The notes under the pieces were generated by a model that had not been told where the DNA came from, searched no databases, and worked only from the letters and a program-made list of their open reading frames with translations. Shown piece by piece: positions 1 through 9,804 of a stretch of 64,000 bases of DNA. This DNA comes from a virus. Its lineage: Duplodnaviria; Caudoviricetes. The translations under genes were made by a program, and so were the position numbers. Within the stretch, counting starts at the first letter, position 1; the number at the start of each line of letters is the position of its first letter. The DNA lies in the IMG/VR virus record IMGVR_UViG_3300032295_003840, positions 32,001-96,000 of that record, one strand, 5' to 3'.

Positions 1-1
1 T

Positions 2-958
2 GGCCGCCTGGGCATTTTTAAATCTGCTGCTGGCACAGATGTTCAGATAGTCAATCATGATGATGTCAGGACGGAAGGTCTGCTTCAGGGACAGCTCATT
101 GAGCAGACTCTTGAAGTGACCAGCATGAGCCGATGCAGTTGGATACTCCTTGATGATAAGTCTACCCTCGGTCTTGTCCTTGATTCTCTGTATGCGATTG
201 TCGAACATCTGGCGCGGCAAGTCGGCCAGCTGATCTATGGGAATATTCATCAGGTTGGCATCAATACGTTCAGCGATGCGTTCCTCGGCCATCTCCATGG
301 TAATGTATAAGACATTCTTGCCCTGACTCAGACAGCTGGCTGCCACATGACACATGAACAAACTCTTGCCCACACCAGTGCCAGCCAAGGCCACATTCAG
401 AGTCTTGTTGGGCAACCCGCCGTTGGTAATCTTGTTGAACATTTCTAAATCAAAGGCAATGCGATGTTCTACCTTGTGATAGAATTCATAGCGATCCGCA
501 AAGTCGCCCAGATAGTCATGGCCAATGCTGTTGTCGAACGCCACGGCCAGAGCATCCTGCAGCAAACTGGGCAGGGCATCGGCACTGTGATTTTTATCAC
601 GTCCATCGATGATTTCAATGCTCTTCAGGATGGCATTGTAGATAGCTCGATCACGACACCACTTTTCAGTTTCGTTTCTGAGCCAGTCCAGATTGGCATC
701 CTCGGGCACCAGGTCACGCACAATTTCTGCAGCCTCGCGAAAACTTTCTTCTTTGAGATTGGTCTTCTGCAGGGCTATGTCCAGAGCCTCGGTGCTGGGA
801 CAGACATTATACTCGTCGATGAACTTCTTGATGCAGTCAAAGATAGTGCGCTCAGCGGCCGAACTGAAGTATTCAGTCTTTAAAAAAGGAAAAACCTGTC
901 GCATGTATTGCTCGTCATGCACCAGGTTTCTCAATATGGTCTTTTCAATTCTATTCAT
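2..958 (-). CDS. 41: Replicative DnaB-like helicase gp41 (N-terminal part; runs off the left edge)
   Basis: ATG at 958 overlaps the upstream stop (ATGA). Reads MNRIEKTILRNL..., has Walker A LAGTGVGKS and TMEMAEERIAERIDANL. Missing from the ORF track because it is truncated. Confidence 0.93.
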   Translation of the reverse strand, partial: MNRIEKTILRNLVHDEQYMRQVFPFLKTEYFSSAAERTIFDCIKKFIDEYNVCPSTEALDIALQKTNLKEESFREAAEIVRDLVPEDANLDWLRNETEKWCRDRAIYNAILKSIEIIDGRDKNHSADALPSLLQDALAVAFDNSIGHDYLGDFADRYEFYHKVEHRIAFDLEMFNKITNGGLPNKTLNVALAGTGVGKSLFMCHVAASCLSQGKNVLYITMEMAEERIAERIDANLMNIPIDQLADLPRQMFDNRIQRIKDKTEGRLIIKEYPTASAHAGHFKSLLNELSLKQTFRPDIIMIDYLNICASSRFKNAQAA

Positions 959-1296
959 TCAATTTCCAGATATTCTTTGATTACAGCTACGATTATAGTT
1001 TTACTTTCCTCGGAAGTCAATTCCTCCACAGCGATGTCTCCGGTGTGTATGAGGTCATAGTTAAACTCCAGTCTGACGCTGTCGTCACTGGTGGGAATAA
1101 CGCCCAACTGTGTAGGGCGGAACACCACACCACACAGAGGGCCTTCTAGAATTTCCAGATTGCGATCACCGAAGTCGGTAATGAGCTCGCACCAACTAGG
1201 CGCCTGCGGCTTCGTACTCGTCTTGGATATCGTCCATGGCCAGATCCTGGTTAAGGTTGCTAGAACTGATTCGATAAGATTCTTCAATGTATTCAC
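955..1296 (-). CDS. Hypothetical protein at the T4 gp40 position (between uvsX and gp41)
   Basis: Synteny and stop/start coupling to gp41. The start is uncertain because it overlaps the uvsX 3' end. Confidence 0.55.
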   Translation of the reverse strand: MNTLKNLIESVLATLTRIWPWTISKTSTKPQAPSWCELITDFGDRNLEILEGPLCGVVFRPTQLGVIPTSDDSVRLEFNYDLIHTGDIAVEELTSEESKTIIVAVIKEYLEIE

Positions 1297-2254
1297 GGAA
1301 CTCCTTGCTACTTAGGATTGGCAACCAGAACTCTTTGCTATAAGTATCCTTGAGACGGTATTTCTTTTCTTCGCCCTTGTGGCTGTACCATCCGTTGCTG
1401 GGTTTGACAACAAAGCCGCCTGCCTGGGCAACGTCAAGCAAACCGCTCCATTTACTGATACCTCCATCGAAGGTGACTTCAACAGGTATGCGACTTTTTT
1501 CTCGAACATAGCGACTCTTCTCCACATTGATGATGAAATTATAGCCTACCAGTTCTTGTCCTTCTTTTTCTTGCTGGCGTCCAATGATGTAGATGTTGTC
1601 GGCTGAATAGTAGATACCAGTGCCGCCACTGACCACATCTTTAGGAAATAGTCCTACTTCTTTGTAGGTATGATTCACAACAATCATGGGAATGTCTTTG
1701 ATGGTCAGATGCGGCGTAACCATGCGGAACAGACTCTTGAGCTGCTTGGCTCGAGTCATGTCGGCTACACTCTTGCCTTCCAGAGCATCTTCTACCTCTT
1801 TCTTACTGGCCAGGTTGCCCACACTGTCCACAATGACAATGACATGATCGCCGCGTTCAATGTTGGCCAACTGTGCCATGCTGTCATGCTTCAGCTGTTC
1901 TATGTCAGTGATAGGGGTGTGAAGTACTCGGCTGGTATCGATCCCGAAACTATCAAAATAAGACTGAGGACTGCCAAACTCACTATCATAAAAAAGTACA
2001 ACAGCGTCTTCATATTTGTCCATGTAACTCTTGGCCAGCATCAGAGCAAAGGCCGTTTTAAAATGCTTACTGGGTCCAGCGAACACAGTAAGGCCAGGTG
2101 CCAGACCACCGTCCAGACGACCACTCAGCGCCACATTGATCATGGGCACGGGAGTCTGGATCAGATCCTTGGCATTGAAAAATTTACTTTCCTGCAGTAT
2201 TGCAGTGTCTTTGATGGTACTGTTCTTCTGTAGCTTATTTAATAGATTACTCAT
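1196..2254 (-). CDS. uvsX: UvsX RecA-like recombinase
   Basis: AGPSKHFKT P-loop, YDSEFG, VDSVGNLASKKE and GGTGIYYSAD motifs. Likely start is MSNLLNKL at 2254. Confidence 0.95.
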   Translation of the reverse strand: MSNLLNKLQKNSTIKDTAILQESKFFNAKDLIQTPVPMINVALSGRLDGGLAPGLTVFAGPSKHFKTAFALMLAKSYMDKYEDAVVLFYDSEFGSPQSYFDSFGIDTSRVLHTPITDIEQLKHDSMAQLANIERGDHVIVIVDSVGNLASKKEVEDALEGKSVADMTRAKQLKSLFRMVTPHLTIKDIPMIVVNHTYKEVGLFPKDVVSGGTGIYYSADNIYIIGRQQEKEGQELVGYNFIINVEKSRYVREKSRIPVEVTFDGGISKWSGLLDVAQAGGFVVKPSNGWYSHKGEEKKYRLKDTYSKEFWLPILSSKEFREYIEESYRISSSNLNQDLAMDDIQDEYEAAGA

Positions 2255-2432
2255 CTTCCGCTCCTTTAAATTCAAACCAGGCGCATATCTCATTCATGAC
2301 TGCGTTTTCAATTTCGTGTTCCATTTGTTCTTGAGTTGGAGTATCAGTATGCTTGTATGCTCGATTCATTCCATAACGTACTCCATCGGCAATACATCGA
2401 TCCAACAATTCATAGCTTTTTGGTATTAGCAT
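2247..2432 (-). CDS. Small hypothetical phage protein
   Basis: MLIPKSYELLDRCIADG...; overlaps the uvsX start. Confidence 0.6.
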   Translation of the reverse strand: MLIPKSYELLDRCIADGVRYGMNRAYKHTDTPTQEQMEHEIENAVMNEICAWFEFKGAEDE

Positions 2433-2574
2433 TTTTTGCACTCTTTTCAAGTCGTTCCAAAATTTTATCCTGCTTCTTGTCTTCCCAGGTACGAATATCC
2501 TTGTCGGGCGACATGCTGCCAACCAGACGATGATTCCACCAACTATTGGTCTTATAACTTGTTTTCTTTTTCAC
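2410..2574 (-). CDS. Small hypothetical protein (54 aa)
   Basis: GTG overlaps the gp43 stop and the ORF fills the gap; read manually (MKKKTSYKTNSWWNHRL...). Confidence 0.45.
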   Translation of the reverse strand: MKKKTSYKTNSWWNHRLVGSMSPDKDIRTWEDKKQDKILERLEKSAKNANTKKL

Positions 2575-5033
2575 GAAAACAAATCCTCCAGTGTAGCCTG
2601 TGGCGAACTATTCCATCCCAGACTTTCGATGATACCATTGAGCGGTTCAATAAAACTCTTCTCCCACATTGTATCATAGTCTACATACTTTGTCAATGCC
2701 AATTCGGCTGGCAGGTCACCGATAAAGGCTATGCAGTTTTCTTTGATGGGATTGGGAGTATGCAGGTAAATGAATTTGATCTTCTCACCTTCCTGTATGG
2801 CCTGATAGCGTTGATCCAGACCACGTTCCTTGATATAGTAGTTGTAGAGCAGGGCGCCGCGTACATGCATGGGAGTGCCCTTGGCATAGATGTCGCTGCG
2901 ACTGGTATACTTGGTCAGATTGTTGACACCGCGCGGGAACGCAATTTCTCCAGCCGAGAGTCGTGTATATCTATCTTTCTGTTCGTTAATGTAGGCCTGA
3001 AGACTTTGCTCATCCTTGGTGATGGCAATCTTGACCGCCTCTTTAAGTAGCGAGCGACATACCTCTGGAGTCGATGACCTGACAATTTCGAGCCCCATGA
3101 CTTTAAGTTTTGGTTCGGCATACTGTACTCCCTCATTGTTCAAGACATTGAGTGCATAGCGTTTCTTGGCCACCCAGATGCCACGTGTGGCTATGGCTTC
3201 ACGCTTGAAGAAAATCTTCTGTTCATAGGCTTGGGTATAGTCAGCCAGGTCGCCACAGGCTCTATTGATGGCGGCTGTGATCTTTTCTTCACAGATCTGA
3301 TCCAGGATCTTCACAATCTCATCCTGCGATTTATTGGCATAGAACTTCTTGACCAGGGGATCTAATGTGATATAACAGCTATCAGTATCACTATAAAAAC
3401 TATATTTAAAATCCTTGGTGCCGCAGATCTTGTTCAGGTATTCATCCAGAGCTCTGCCAACTGTGCGAATGATATACTGGCCAGTGAGCGTAATACCCTC
3501 GGCAATGCGGTCGTCAAAGTATCGGAAATAATAGTTGGCCCAGGCACCATACAAACTGTTCAACTGAATCTTACGAGCCATCTGAAAGTTATTGTACTTG
3601 GATATGGCATTGAGATACTTTTTGTCCTTGGTCTCTTCATACTGACGCTGTGCTTCTAGCATGAGCTTTTTATAGTCCTGACGATCCTGAAATAGCTTGG
3701 CCACAATTTCAGGAAACAATCCTTTTTTATCGCTGCGGAAGTAATAGCCATTGGCACTCATGCAATGATCAATGGCCACAGATTTGTCCAACAGACGATC
3801 CACCTTGGCTGGCATATCAGCGCCATGCTCCAGATCATTGGTCTCGGTCATTAGAGTTTCTGGACTCATGTTGTACTGCATGATGATGGATGGATACAGT
3901 GATGTGGCATCAAAGCTCACCACCCAGTCATACTGACCTGGTCGAGGATCCTGCACAAAGGCACCAACAATGCTGCGGTCTGGACGACTATTGTCACGTG
4001 GATGCACTACAATGTTCTGGTCCCACAGATGGTTATAAAGAATGCAATCCCAGATTCGTACTGCACTGAACACGTCGCCAAAATTACACTTGGCATCGAA
4101 TGCCATGGTAATGGCCAGCTCTATAAGCTTCATCTTGTCTTCCAGCTGACTTACACGCTCCACGTCAATGCGGTTATACTCTACAAAGCGCGGCCAGTCA
4201 TTGGTATAGAACTCTTTGAAGGTGTCATAGGGATTGTCCAGTTTACCAACGCCGAGTTCTACTCGACAGATATGATCTAGCTTGTAGCTCTCCTGTGCAT
4301 TGTAGGTAAACTTTTTATACAGGTCCAGATAGTCCAGCTGAGTCACACCAGCTATCTCATAGGCTGGTAGAACTTTGTCGGCCATCTGAATATCGCGACG
4401 GCGTACATTGCGCCAGGGGCTCAGCTGTTTGACCACATCTTGGCCTAGAACACGCTGGATGCGATGCACCAGATAAGGAACGTCAAACAACCCAATATTC
4501 CAGCCAGTGATAACATCTGGACAACGATGTACCCAATCAGTAACAAATTGTCGGAGCATGTCCTGTTCGGAAGCGTAATCGCGGACACTATATGTTGTAA
4601 TATCTTTGGTAGCATAGTTCTGCATACTGATCAGCAGTATGCCTTCGTTGGCAGTTTCGATGTCGGGAAATCCTGACTCGGTTTCAGTCTCAATGTCAAT
4701 GCTGCGAATGTCGATGTTGGTCATATCAAAGTCAACATGACCAACATAGTTTTCTGTGATGTACTGATACTGCCAGTTGGTGTTGCCGTGGATGCGCATA
4801 TTGCTGACACCGTCATAGTTCTTGATGAACTCGCGGGCATCGGCTACGTCACCGAATTCGATGCATTCCAGGGGTTCGTCGAACAGATTGCGATAAGTGG
4901 CTGCGCCGGGCTTCTTGCTGGGAACGAACAAACGGGGCTTGAATGGGACTCGCGATTCGAATCTGCGATCGCCGTTGATGCCGCGGACACATATCGAATT
5001 GCCTACAACTGCAACATTGGTATAAAATTTCAT
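2571..5033 (-). CDS. 43: Family B DNA polymerase gp43
   Basis: ExoI DIETE, ExoII GWNIGLFDVPY, motif A SFDATSLYPSII, motif B KIQLNSLYG, motif C YSDTDS. Start MKFYTN. Confidence 0.97.
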   Translation of the reverse strand: MKFYTNVAVVGNSICVRGINGDRRFESRVPFKPRLFVPSKKPGAATYRNLFDEPLECIEFGDVADAREFIKNYDGVSNMRIHGNTNWQYQYITENYVGHVDFDMTNIDIRSIDIETETESGFPDIETANEGILLISMQNYATKDITTYSVRDYASEQDMLRQFVTDWVHRCPDVITGWNIGLFDVPYLVHRIQRVLGQDVVKQLSPWRNVRRRDIQMADKVLPAYEIAGVTQLDYLDLYKKFTYNAQESYKLDHICRVELGVGKLDNPYDTFKEFYTNDWPRFVEYNRIDVERVSQLEDKMKLIELAITMAFDAKCNFGDVFSAVRIWDCILYNHLWDQNIVVHPRDNSRPDRSIVGAFVQDPRPGQYDWVVSFDATSLYPSIIMQYNMSPETLMTETNDLEHGADMPAKVDRLLDKSVAIDHCMSANGYYFRSDKKGLFPEIVAKLFQDRQDYKKLMLEAQRQYEETKDKKYLNAISKYNNFQMARKIQLNSLYGAWANYYFRYFDDRIAEGITLTGQYIIRTVGRALDEYLNKICGTKDFKYSFYSDTDSCYITLDPLVKKFYANKSQDEIVKILDQICEEKITAAINRACGDLADYTQAYEQKIFFKREAIATRGIWVAKKRYALNVLNNEGVQYAEPKLKVMGLEIVRSSTPEVCRSLLKEAVKIAITKDEQSLQAYINEQKDRYTRLSAGEIAFPRGVNNLTKYTSRSDIYAKGTPMHVRGALLYNYYIKERGLDQRYQAIQEGEKIKFIYLHTPNPIKENCIAFIGDLPAELALTKYVDYDTMWEKSFIEPLNGIIESLGWNSSPQATLEDLFS

Positions 5034-5055
5034 GAAATCCTTGAAGAAATACAAT

Positions 5056-5063
5056 GATAAATA
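5056..5063 (+). promoter_or_regulatory. Putative T4-like late promoter for the plus-strand island
   Basis: GATAAATA, a one-mismatch variant of TATAAATA that also occurs before gp3. Confidence 0.45.
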
Positions 5064-5080
5064 TCACGGGGTACGTGTCC

Positions 5081-5109
5081 ATTGTATATTAAGTACCCGT
5101 GAATGTCAA
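5081..5109 (-). promoter_or_regulatory. Sigma70-type promoter for gp43
   Basis: TTGACA-17 nt-TACAAT on the minus strand. Confidence 0.75.
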
Positions 5110-5140
5110 TAACTATAACAAAAGACATCAATCGGACTAA

Positions 5141-5914
5141 ATGGATCCAGTAACACTGTTTGCTCTGGCCAATGGGGCGGTAAAGCTTTGCAAAGAAGGC
5201 TGCAAACTCTACAAAGACATCAAAGGCGCTGCTGGGGATGTCAAGGATGTTCTCAAGGATCTTGACGACCAATTTAATAACAAATTTCGAGACCGCACCC
5301 CATCTGTTGCTGAGAAGAATCAGTATATACAGGAAAAGAATCGAGTCATTGAGCTCAACAAGCGCAATGGCGAGGTGCATAGTATATATCAGGACATAGG
5401 CAATCACCTGGGTACTTACTTCGATAATTATCACAAGTGCTTTGCCGTTTTTGAAGAAGAAGAACGTCGCAGCAAAAATGAAGTCTACACTGGCGAAGAT
5501 AGTCTGGGCAAACGCGCACTACAGCGTGTATTGATGAAGAAGCAGTTGGAACAGATGGGCACCGAACTGCGTGAAATCTTGGTGTACAATAGCCCACCAG
5601 AACTAGGCGCACTGTGGACTGAAGTCAATGACATGATGTTGGTCATGGGCAAGGAACAGAAACTGGCCATGATACGACAAATGCGCCGCCAGGCCGAACA
5701 AGCCAAGATTACGCGCAGAAATCGTAAGAAGTTTCTGTACAAGATTACCTGCTGGAGTCTGGTGAGTATTTTTATAGCAACCATTGTGCTGATGTTTAGT
5801 TTAGTAATACAATATAGAATAGAACGATACCCTGAGCTGGGTAATTGTATACCACCCAAGGGCAGCTGGATGTACAGAAAATGGACCAGTCTGGTCTGGG
5901 CCGAGTGCGAATGA
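5141..5914 (+). CDS. Hypothetical coiled-coil protein with a C-terminal transmembrane helix
   Basis: 257-aa ORF, MDPVTLFALANGAV N-terminus, hydrophobic ITCWSLVSIFIATIVLMFSLVI. Confidence 0.75.
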   Translation: MDPVTLFALANGAVKLCKEGCKLYKDIKGAAGDVKDVLKDLDDQFNNKFRDRTPSVAEKNQYIQEKNRVIELNKRNGEVHSIYQDIGNHLGTYFDNYHKCFAVFEEEERRSKNEVYTGEDSLGKRALQRVLMKKQLEQMGTELREILVYNSPPELGALWTEVNDMMLVMGKEQKLAMIRQMRRQAEQAKITRRNRKKFLYKITCWSLVSIFIATIVLMFSLVIQYRIERYPELGNCIPPKGSWMYRKWTSLVWAECE

Positions 5915-6555
5915 TTGAAGACATCTGTGTCGAAGAAAATTTTATCACCGAGGATGAGCGGTTAAGTATAAGACAACGTGTGCTGGAGTTGGAACCATGC
6001 TGGACCACGCACAGACCCGAACACTATAGCAACGTAGACTTCAGCACACTGGGCAATGCACTGTACATCATGGAGTCATCGGGTCATGCAGCACAGGACA
6101 TAGATCAGCAGGTTCGAGCATTGCTGTTGGAGAACTTTGACTGGCTGTATCAGAGAATATATAACAAGATTGCCCAACACACTGGACAACCCACCAGACT
6201 ACATGACAATCTTACTGTGCCAGGCTTTCACATTGGTCATGTAGCACAAGACAGCAACATTGACTTCTATCATCAGGATCTGAGCATCCTGCAGTATGAT
6301 GCCGAAGCCAACATGGAAACCAATCGCTCGGTGCTGATAGCCATAGACAAGCCCAGCAGTGGTGCCTATTTAGATTATTTGCACGAAGACAATACACGCA
6401 CACTGGACTATGTTTTAGGTGCCTGGCATCAATGGGACGCCAGAATCAAACACAAGGTTGGTGGATTAAAAATCAACCCAGGTGAGCATCGCATCACTCT
6501 ACAATGCCACTACTACTATAATGCGAGGATGCAATGCAACCTAGTATATTTTTAA
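5911..6555 (+). CDS. Putative 2OG-Fe(II) oxygenase-fold protein
   Basis: ATG at 5911 is coupled to the upstream stop. HxD (YHQD), distal H (KHKV) and R (HRITLQ) match the facial-triad pattern. Confidence 0.55.
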   Translation: MIEDICVEENFITEDERLSIRQRVLELEPCWTTHRPEHYSNVDFSTLGNALYIMESSGHAAQDIDQQVRALLLENFDWLYQRIYNKIAQHTGQPTRLHDNLTVPGFHIGHVAQDSNIDFYHQDLSILQYDAEANMETNRSVLIAIDKPSSGAYLDYLHEDNTRTLDYVLGAWHQWDARIKHKVGGLKINPGEHRITLQCHYYYNARMQCNLVYF

Positions 6556-6630
6556 ATGTTCTAGTTGATACATACGTGTACATCTTTTTGGAGATGTATT
6601 TTCTGCCCTTTAAAATTTTAGGAGAAGTCA

Positions 6631-7173
6631 ATGACTCCAGAAAAGAAGCCTCTTAGTAGAAGCGAAAGAGAAGCCCAGATCAAAGACAAAGCTGGATGGG
6701 TTATTACTGTGCTTGCTGCTCTTTTGGCCATTAATACTTATGTTGCTAATAGCAATAGTAGTAAGGTATTGAAGAACACCATCAGTGCCAACAATACCTG
6801 GGCCTTTTATCAGGCCAAGAGCATCAAACAGACACTGGCTGAACAGAGCCTGGACGATGCTTTGAATCGCGGAGATCGGGCAAAAGCCGATCGCCTGCAG
6901 AAAAAGATTGAGCGCTATGAGTCCGATCCCAGCACAGGAGAAGGTAAACGAGAACTCATGGCCAAGGCTCGAGCACTGGAAGCCGAGCGTGATGCCATAG
7001 CCAAAAAAAGTCCTTGGATGACTTTTTCGGGTAGCACATTTCAAATCAGCATCGTCCTACTCACTGCCAGCATCTTGGCAGTCAGCATGCCCCTGTACTG
7101 GGCCAGCATTGGAGTAGGTGTTCTAGCCACCCTGCTGATGTCTCAGGGCATCTGGTTGTGGCTACCATTCTAA
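6631..7173 (+). CDS. DUF4337-like membrane protein
   Basis: N-terminal TM, WAFYQAKSIKQ motif, two C-terminal TMs. Confidence 0.7.
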   Translation: MTPEKKPLSRSEREAQIKDKAGWVITVLAALLAINTYVANSNSSKVLKNTISANNTWAFYQAKSIKQTLAEQSLDDALNRGDRAKADRLQKKIERYESDPSTGEGKRELMAKARALEAERDAIAKKSPWMTFSGSTFQISIVLLTASILAVSMPLYWASIGVGVLATLLMSQGIWLWLPF

Positions 7174-7189
7174 CCGTCAAGGAGGTACC

Positions 7190-7489
7190 ATGCGTACCCT
7201 GCTCATAGCTGCACTGCTGTTGATGTCTGGTCTGGCATCAGCTCGCCAATTTGAATTTGAAAAGACCATAATCTGTGACGATACCCGCACCGTGTTTGAG
7301 TATTTCCAAAGCGGCAAGTATCAGGAAAAGCCAGTCTGGATTGGTCGGGATCTGGTAGAAGCCGCAGTAAGTCATGTCATGATGTTGAATAAACAAACCG
7401 GTACCTGGACACTGATTCAGTTCGATGAACAGTATGCCTGTGTGCTGGCCGCTGGCGAGAACTATCAGCTCATGGGCGAAAAAATCTGA
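7190..7489 (+). CDS. Hypothetical secreted protein
   Basis: AGGAGG RBS, signal peptide MRTLLIAALLLMSGLASA, two Cys. Confidence 0.7.
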   Translation: MRTLLIAALLLMSGLASARQFEFEKTIICDDTRTVFEYFQSGKYQEKPVWIGRDLVEAAVSHVMMLNKQTGTWTLIQFDEQYACVLAAGENYQLMGEKI

Positions 7490-8163
7490 TGCGCTGGTTA
7501 GTCGTACTGTGCCTGGTGATGTCCTGCCAGGCACAGGCCCTGACTGCACGCAGCTGGTTGATTACCGATACTGACTTAAATGTGCAGTCTGGTCATAACT
7601 ACCGTGAACTGCGCAGCATTGCCAGTCTGACCAAGCTACTAACTGTCATGGTCTCCATAGACGATGGCACTGCCAGACCCGAGCTGGTTAAACTGGCCAT
7701 GGTGAACAGCAGCAATTCAGCAGCCACGCAGCTCTGTAAAAACTACAGTCGTGGTTATCAGGCCTGCATACGAGCCATGAACGAAAAGGCCATGCGGTTG
7801 GATGCCTGGAATACCTATCTCTATGACTCTACAGGACTGGATCGACGCAACCGCAGCACAGCACAGGACATAGCACGCATTGTACTGGCGGCCAGAAACT
7901 ATGCACAGATAGTTGAGTCTAGTCATATACTCAGAGATCGTAAAAAGAAAATGGTGCTGAAGAATACCAACCCCTTGGTAGGCACCTTCAACACCACGGT
8001 TAGCAAGACAGGCTGGACCATGGCTGCTGGTGGTTGCATAGCAGTGCTCATAGAAAATCGCATCTATGTCCTGCTGGGCAGTCGCAACACCAAGACTCGA
8101 GTCACTGAACTTGCTCAATTGGTACGGGCAGAGGGAGTCGAACCCTCAAAACTCGGATTTTAA
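7489..8163 (+). CDS. Peptidase S11 (D-Ala-D-Ala carboxy/endopeptidase, PBP-like), secreted
   Basis: Signal peptide, SxxK (ASLTK), SxN (SSN) and KTG motifs. Confidence 0.85.
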   Translation: MRWLVVLCLVMSCQAQALTARSWLITDTDLNVQSGHNYRELRSIASLTKLLTVMVSIDDGTARPELVKLAMVNSSNSAATQLCKNYSRGYQACIRAMNEKAMRLDAWNTYLYDSTGLDRRNRSTAQDIARIVLAARNYAQIVESSHILRDRKKKMVLKNTNPLVGTFNTTVSKTGWTMAAGGCIAVLIENRIYVLLGSRNTKTRVTELAQLVRAEGVEPSKLGF

Positions 8164-8195
8164 GTCCGATACGTATACCATTCCGTCATGCCCGC
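8120..8195 (-). tRNA. tRNA-Leu(TAA), short variable loop
   Basis: Cloverleaf, anticodon arm tcgga-ctTAAaa-tccga, TTCGA T-loop, CCA end. Confidence 0.88.
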
Positions 8196-8199
8196 AATT

Positions 8200-8276
8200 T
8201 GGTCTCCGTAGCAGGGTTCGAACCTGCGACCCCCAGTCCCCCAGACTGGTGCGCTACCGGGCTGCGCTATACGGAG
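8200..8276 (-). tRNA. tRNA-Pro(GGG)
   Basis: ccagt-ctGGGgg-actgg, CCA end. Confidence 0.9.
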
Positions 8277-8846
8277 TTAATTCCAGTTGGTCGGAGCGCC
8301 CTGCAGGCCTGGATTGCCTCCCTCGGCGCGACTGCGTTTTAAAACTTCTTCCAGCAGTATAGGGCGGAAGTCGGTCTGTTCAACACAGACGCAGAAGTAA
8401 CGCAGATCAATTTCCTGATTGTCTAGACGCACACGCTTTTCATGCGTGTGTCCATGAATGTTCAGACCAAAGCGACCATGACTTTCAGGATGCAGGGGTA
8501 TGTGACTTAGTATGACACCTGCACCTGTCATGACATGATAGGCTCGGATGTCTCGAAAGTACTTGGTGTAGTCTTCGAGCTTGAAGATGTCGTGGTTGCC
8601 CTTGATCAGCACCTTGTCGCCGTTGAGACGATCCAGCGTGCTGAGTGCCCGACGATTGATCACCACGTCGCCCAGATGATAGACCTTGTCGCCAGGTCGT
8701 ACTGCGTCATTCCAGCGACGCACCATCTCATCATCCATTTCTTCGGGCGTGTCCCAGGGACGAAGCTTGGTACCATCCTGGCGTGTAAAACGGCATACGC
8801 CCAGATGACCAAAATGTGTATCACTTACTAACCATACTGCAGGCAT
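8277..8846 (-). CDS. Calcineurin-like metallophosphoesterase
   Basis: DTHFGH, LGD, GNHD, SH and HGHTH motifs. Start MPAVWL. Confidence 0.9.
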   Translation of the reverse strand: MPAVWLVSDTHFGHLGVCRFTRQDGTKLRPWDTPEEMDDEMVRRWNDAVRPGDKVYHLGDVVINRRALSTLDRLNGDKVLIKGNHDIFKLEDYTKYFRDIRAYHVMTGAGVILSHIPLHPESHGRFGLNIHGHTHEKRVRLDNQEIDLRYFCVCVEQTDFRPILLEEVLKRSRAEGGNPGLQGAPTNWN

Positions 8847-8865
8847 TTTATACTCCTGTTGATTG

Positions 8866-9804
8866 TCAAGGTGCTTCGCCGAATCTGGGTCGATCCAGCA
8901 ACAGATCAGTTGTTGGATTCCAGACACCGGATATGTTCCAGTCTGTGCTGACAGCACCAACTGGTAGTCGACCTGTGCTGAGGTTCACCATGGCGCTGGT
9001 CATGGTATCGCGATTAGCAAAGTTTAAATGGAAACTGGCCGGCCCGCGTCGATACTTGGTTATGTCGAATCTCTTGGCCACCCAACGCCCACCAATATAT
9101 TCTCCAAATACTTCAGGTCCCAGTATGACATCGTCCAGCATGACATGATCGGCGACGCGCATGTCGGCATAGGGTGTTGACCCATAGATGCCTATGTAAT
9201 TGGCGAAAGTAGGGTTGTTCATATATCCATTGTTGCCCAGCGTTGGCTGTGTGTTGACGTTTAAATTGGTCTGACGTTCTCCATTGACCCACAGACGTAC
9301 ACGATCAGTAATGGCGGCATTGTTGATGTCCGCAGTTAAATGTACATTGTGCCATTGATTCAGGGGCCAGGCCTTGTTGGTAAGTATTCTCCAACGAAAC
9401 ACCGACGACACATAGGCATAGGCATCAATGGTGCCAGTGGTAGTAAAACCAATGTTGTCATAGTTACCAGATGAATTGTAGGCTGCCATGAAGTAGTTGT
9501 TGCCGACAAAACTCAGTTGCTTGACCCAGACATTGATGGTATAGGTCTGTGCATTGGCACCTGCAGGACACAAACGCACCAGATGCTGACTGGCCCGGGC
9601 CGCTGTGAACTGTATGCTGGTCGGTGGACGATAGCTGGCTTGACCATCAAAGCTGTTGAAACTCACAGGGCTGGTATCGCCAGGTAATCGATCCAGTGTG
9701 TCTAAAACTCTGGGATCACCCAGAGACACAGGTCCAGCACCCAGAGCCAGCTCGTTGCGCAGATCGTCGAAGCTGTACTGCTGTCCAGGTTTATTTAATG
9801 CCAC
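8866..9804 (-). CDS. LamG/concanavalin-like lectin domain virion protein
   Basis: YTINVWVK, WHNVHL and RLWVNG beta-sandwich motifs. Probable GTG start at 9804. Confidence 0.65.
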   Translation of the reverse strand: MALNKPGQQYSFDDLRNELALGAGPVSLGDPRVLDTLDRLPGDTSPVSFNSFDGQASYRPPTSIQFTAARASQHLVRLCPAGANAQTYTINVWVKQLSFVGNNYFMAAYNSSGNYDNIGFTTTGTIDAYAYVSSVFRWRILTNKAWPLNQWHNVHLTADINNAAITDRVRLWVNGERQTNLNVNTQPTLGNNGYMNNPTFANYIGIYGSTPYADMRVADHVMLDDVILGPEVFGEYIGGRWVAKRFDITKYRRGPASFHLNFANRDTMTSAMVNLSTGRLPVGAVSTDWNISGVWNPTTDLLLDRPRFGEAP

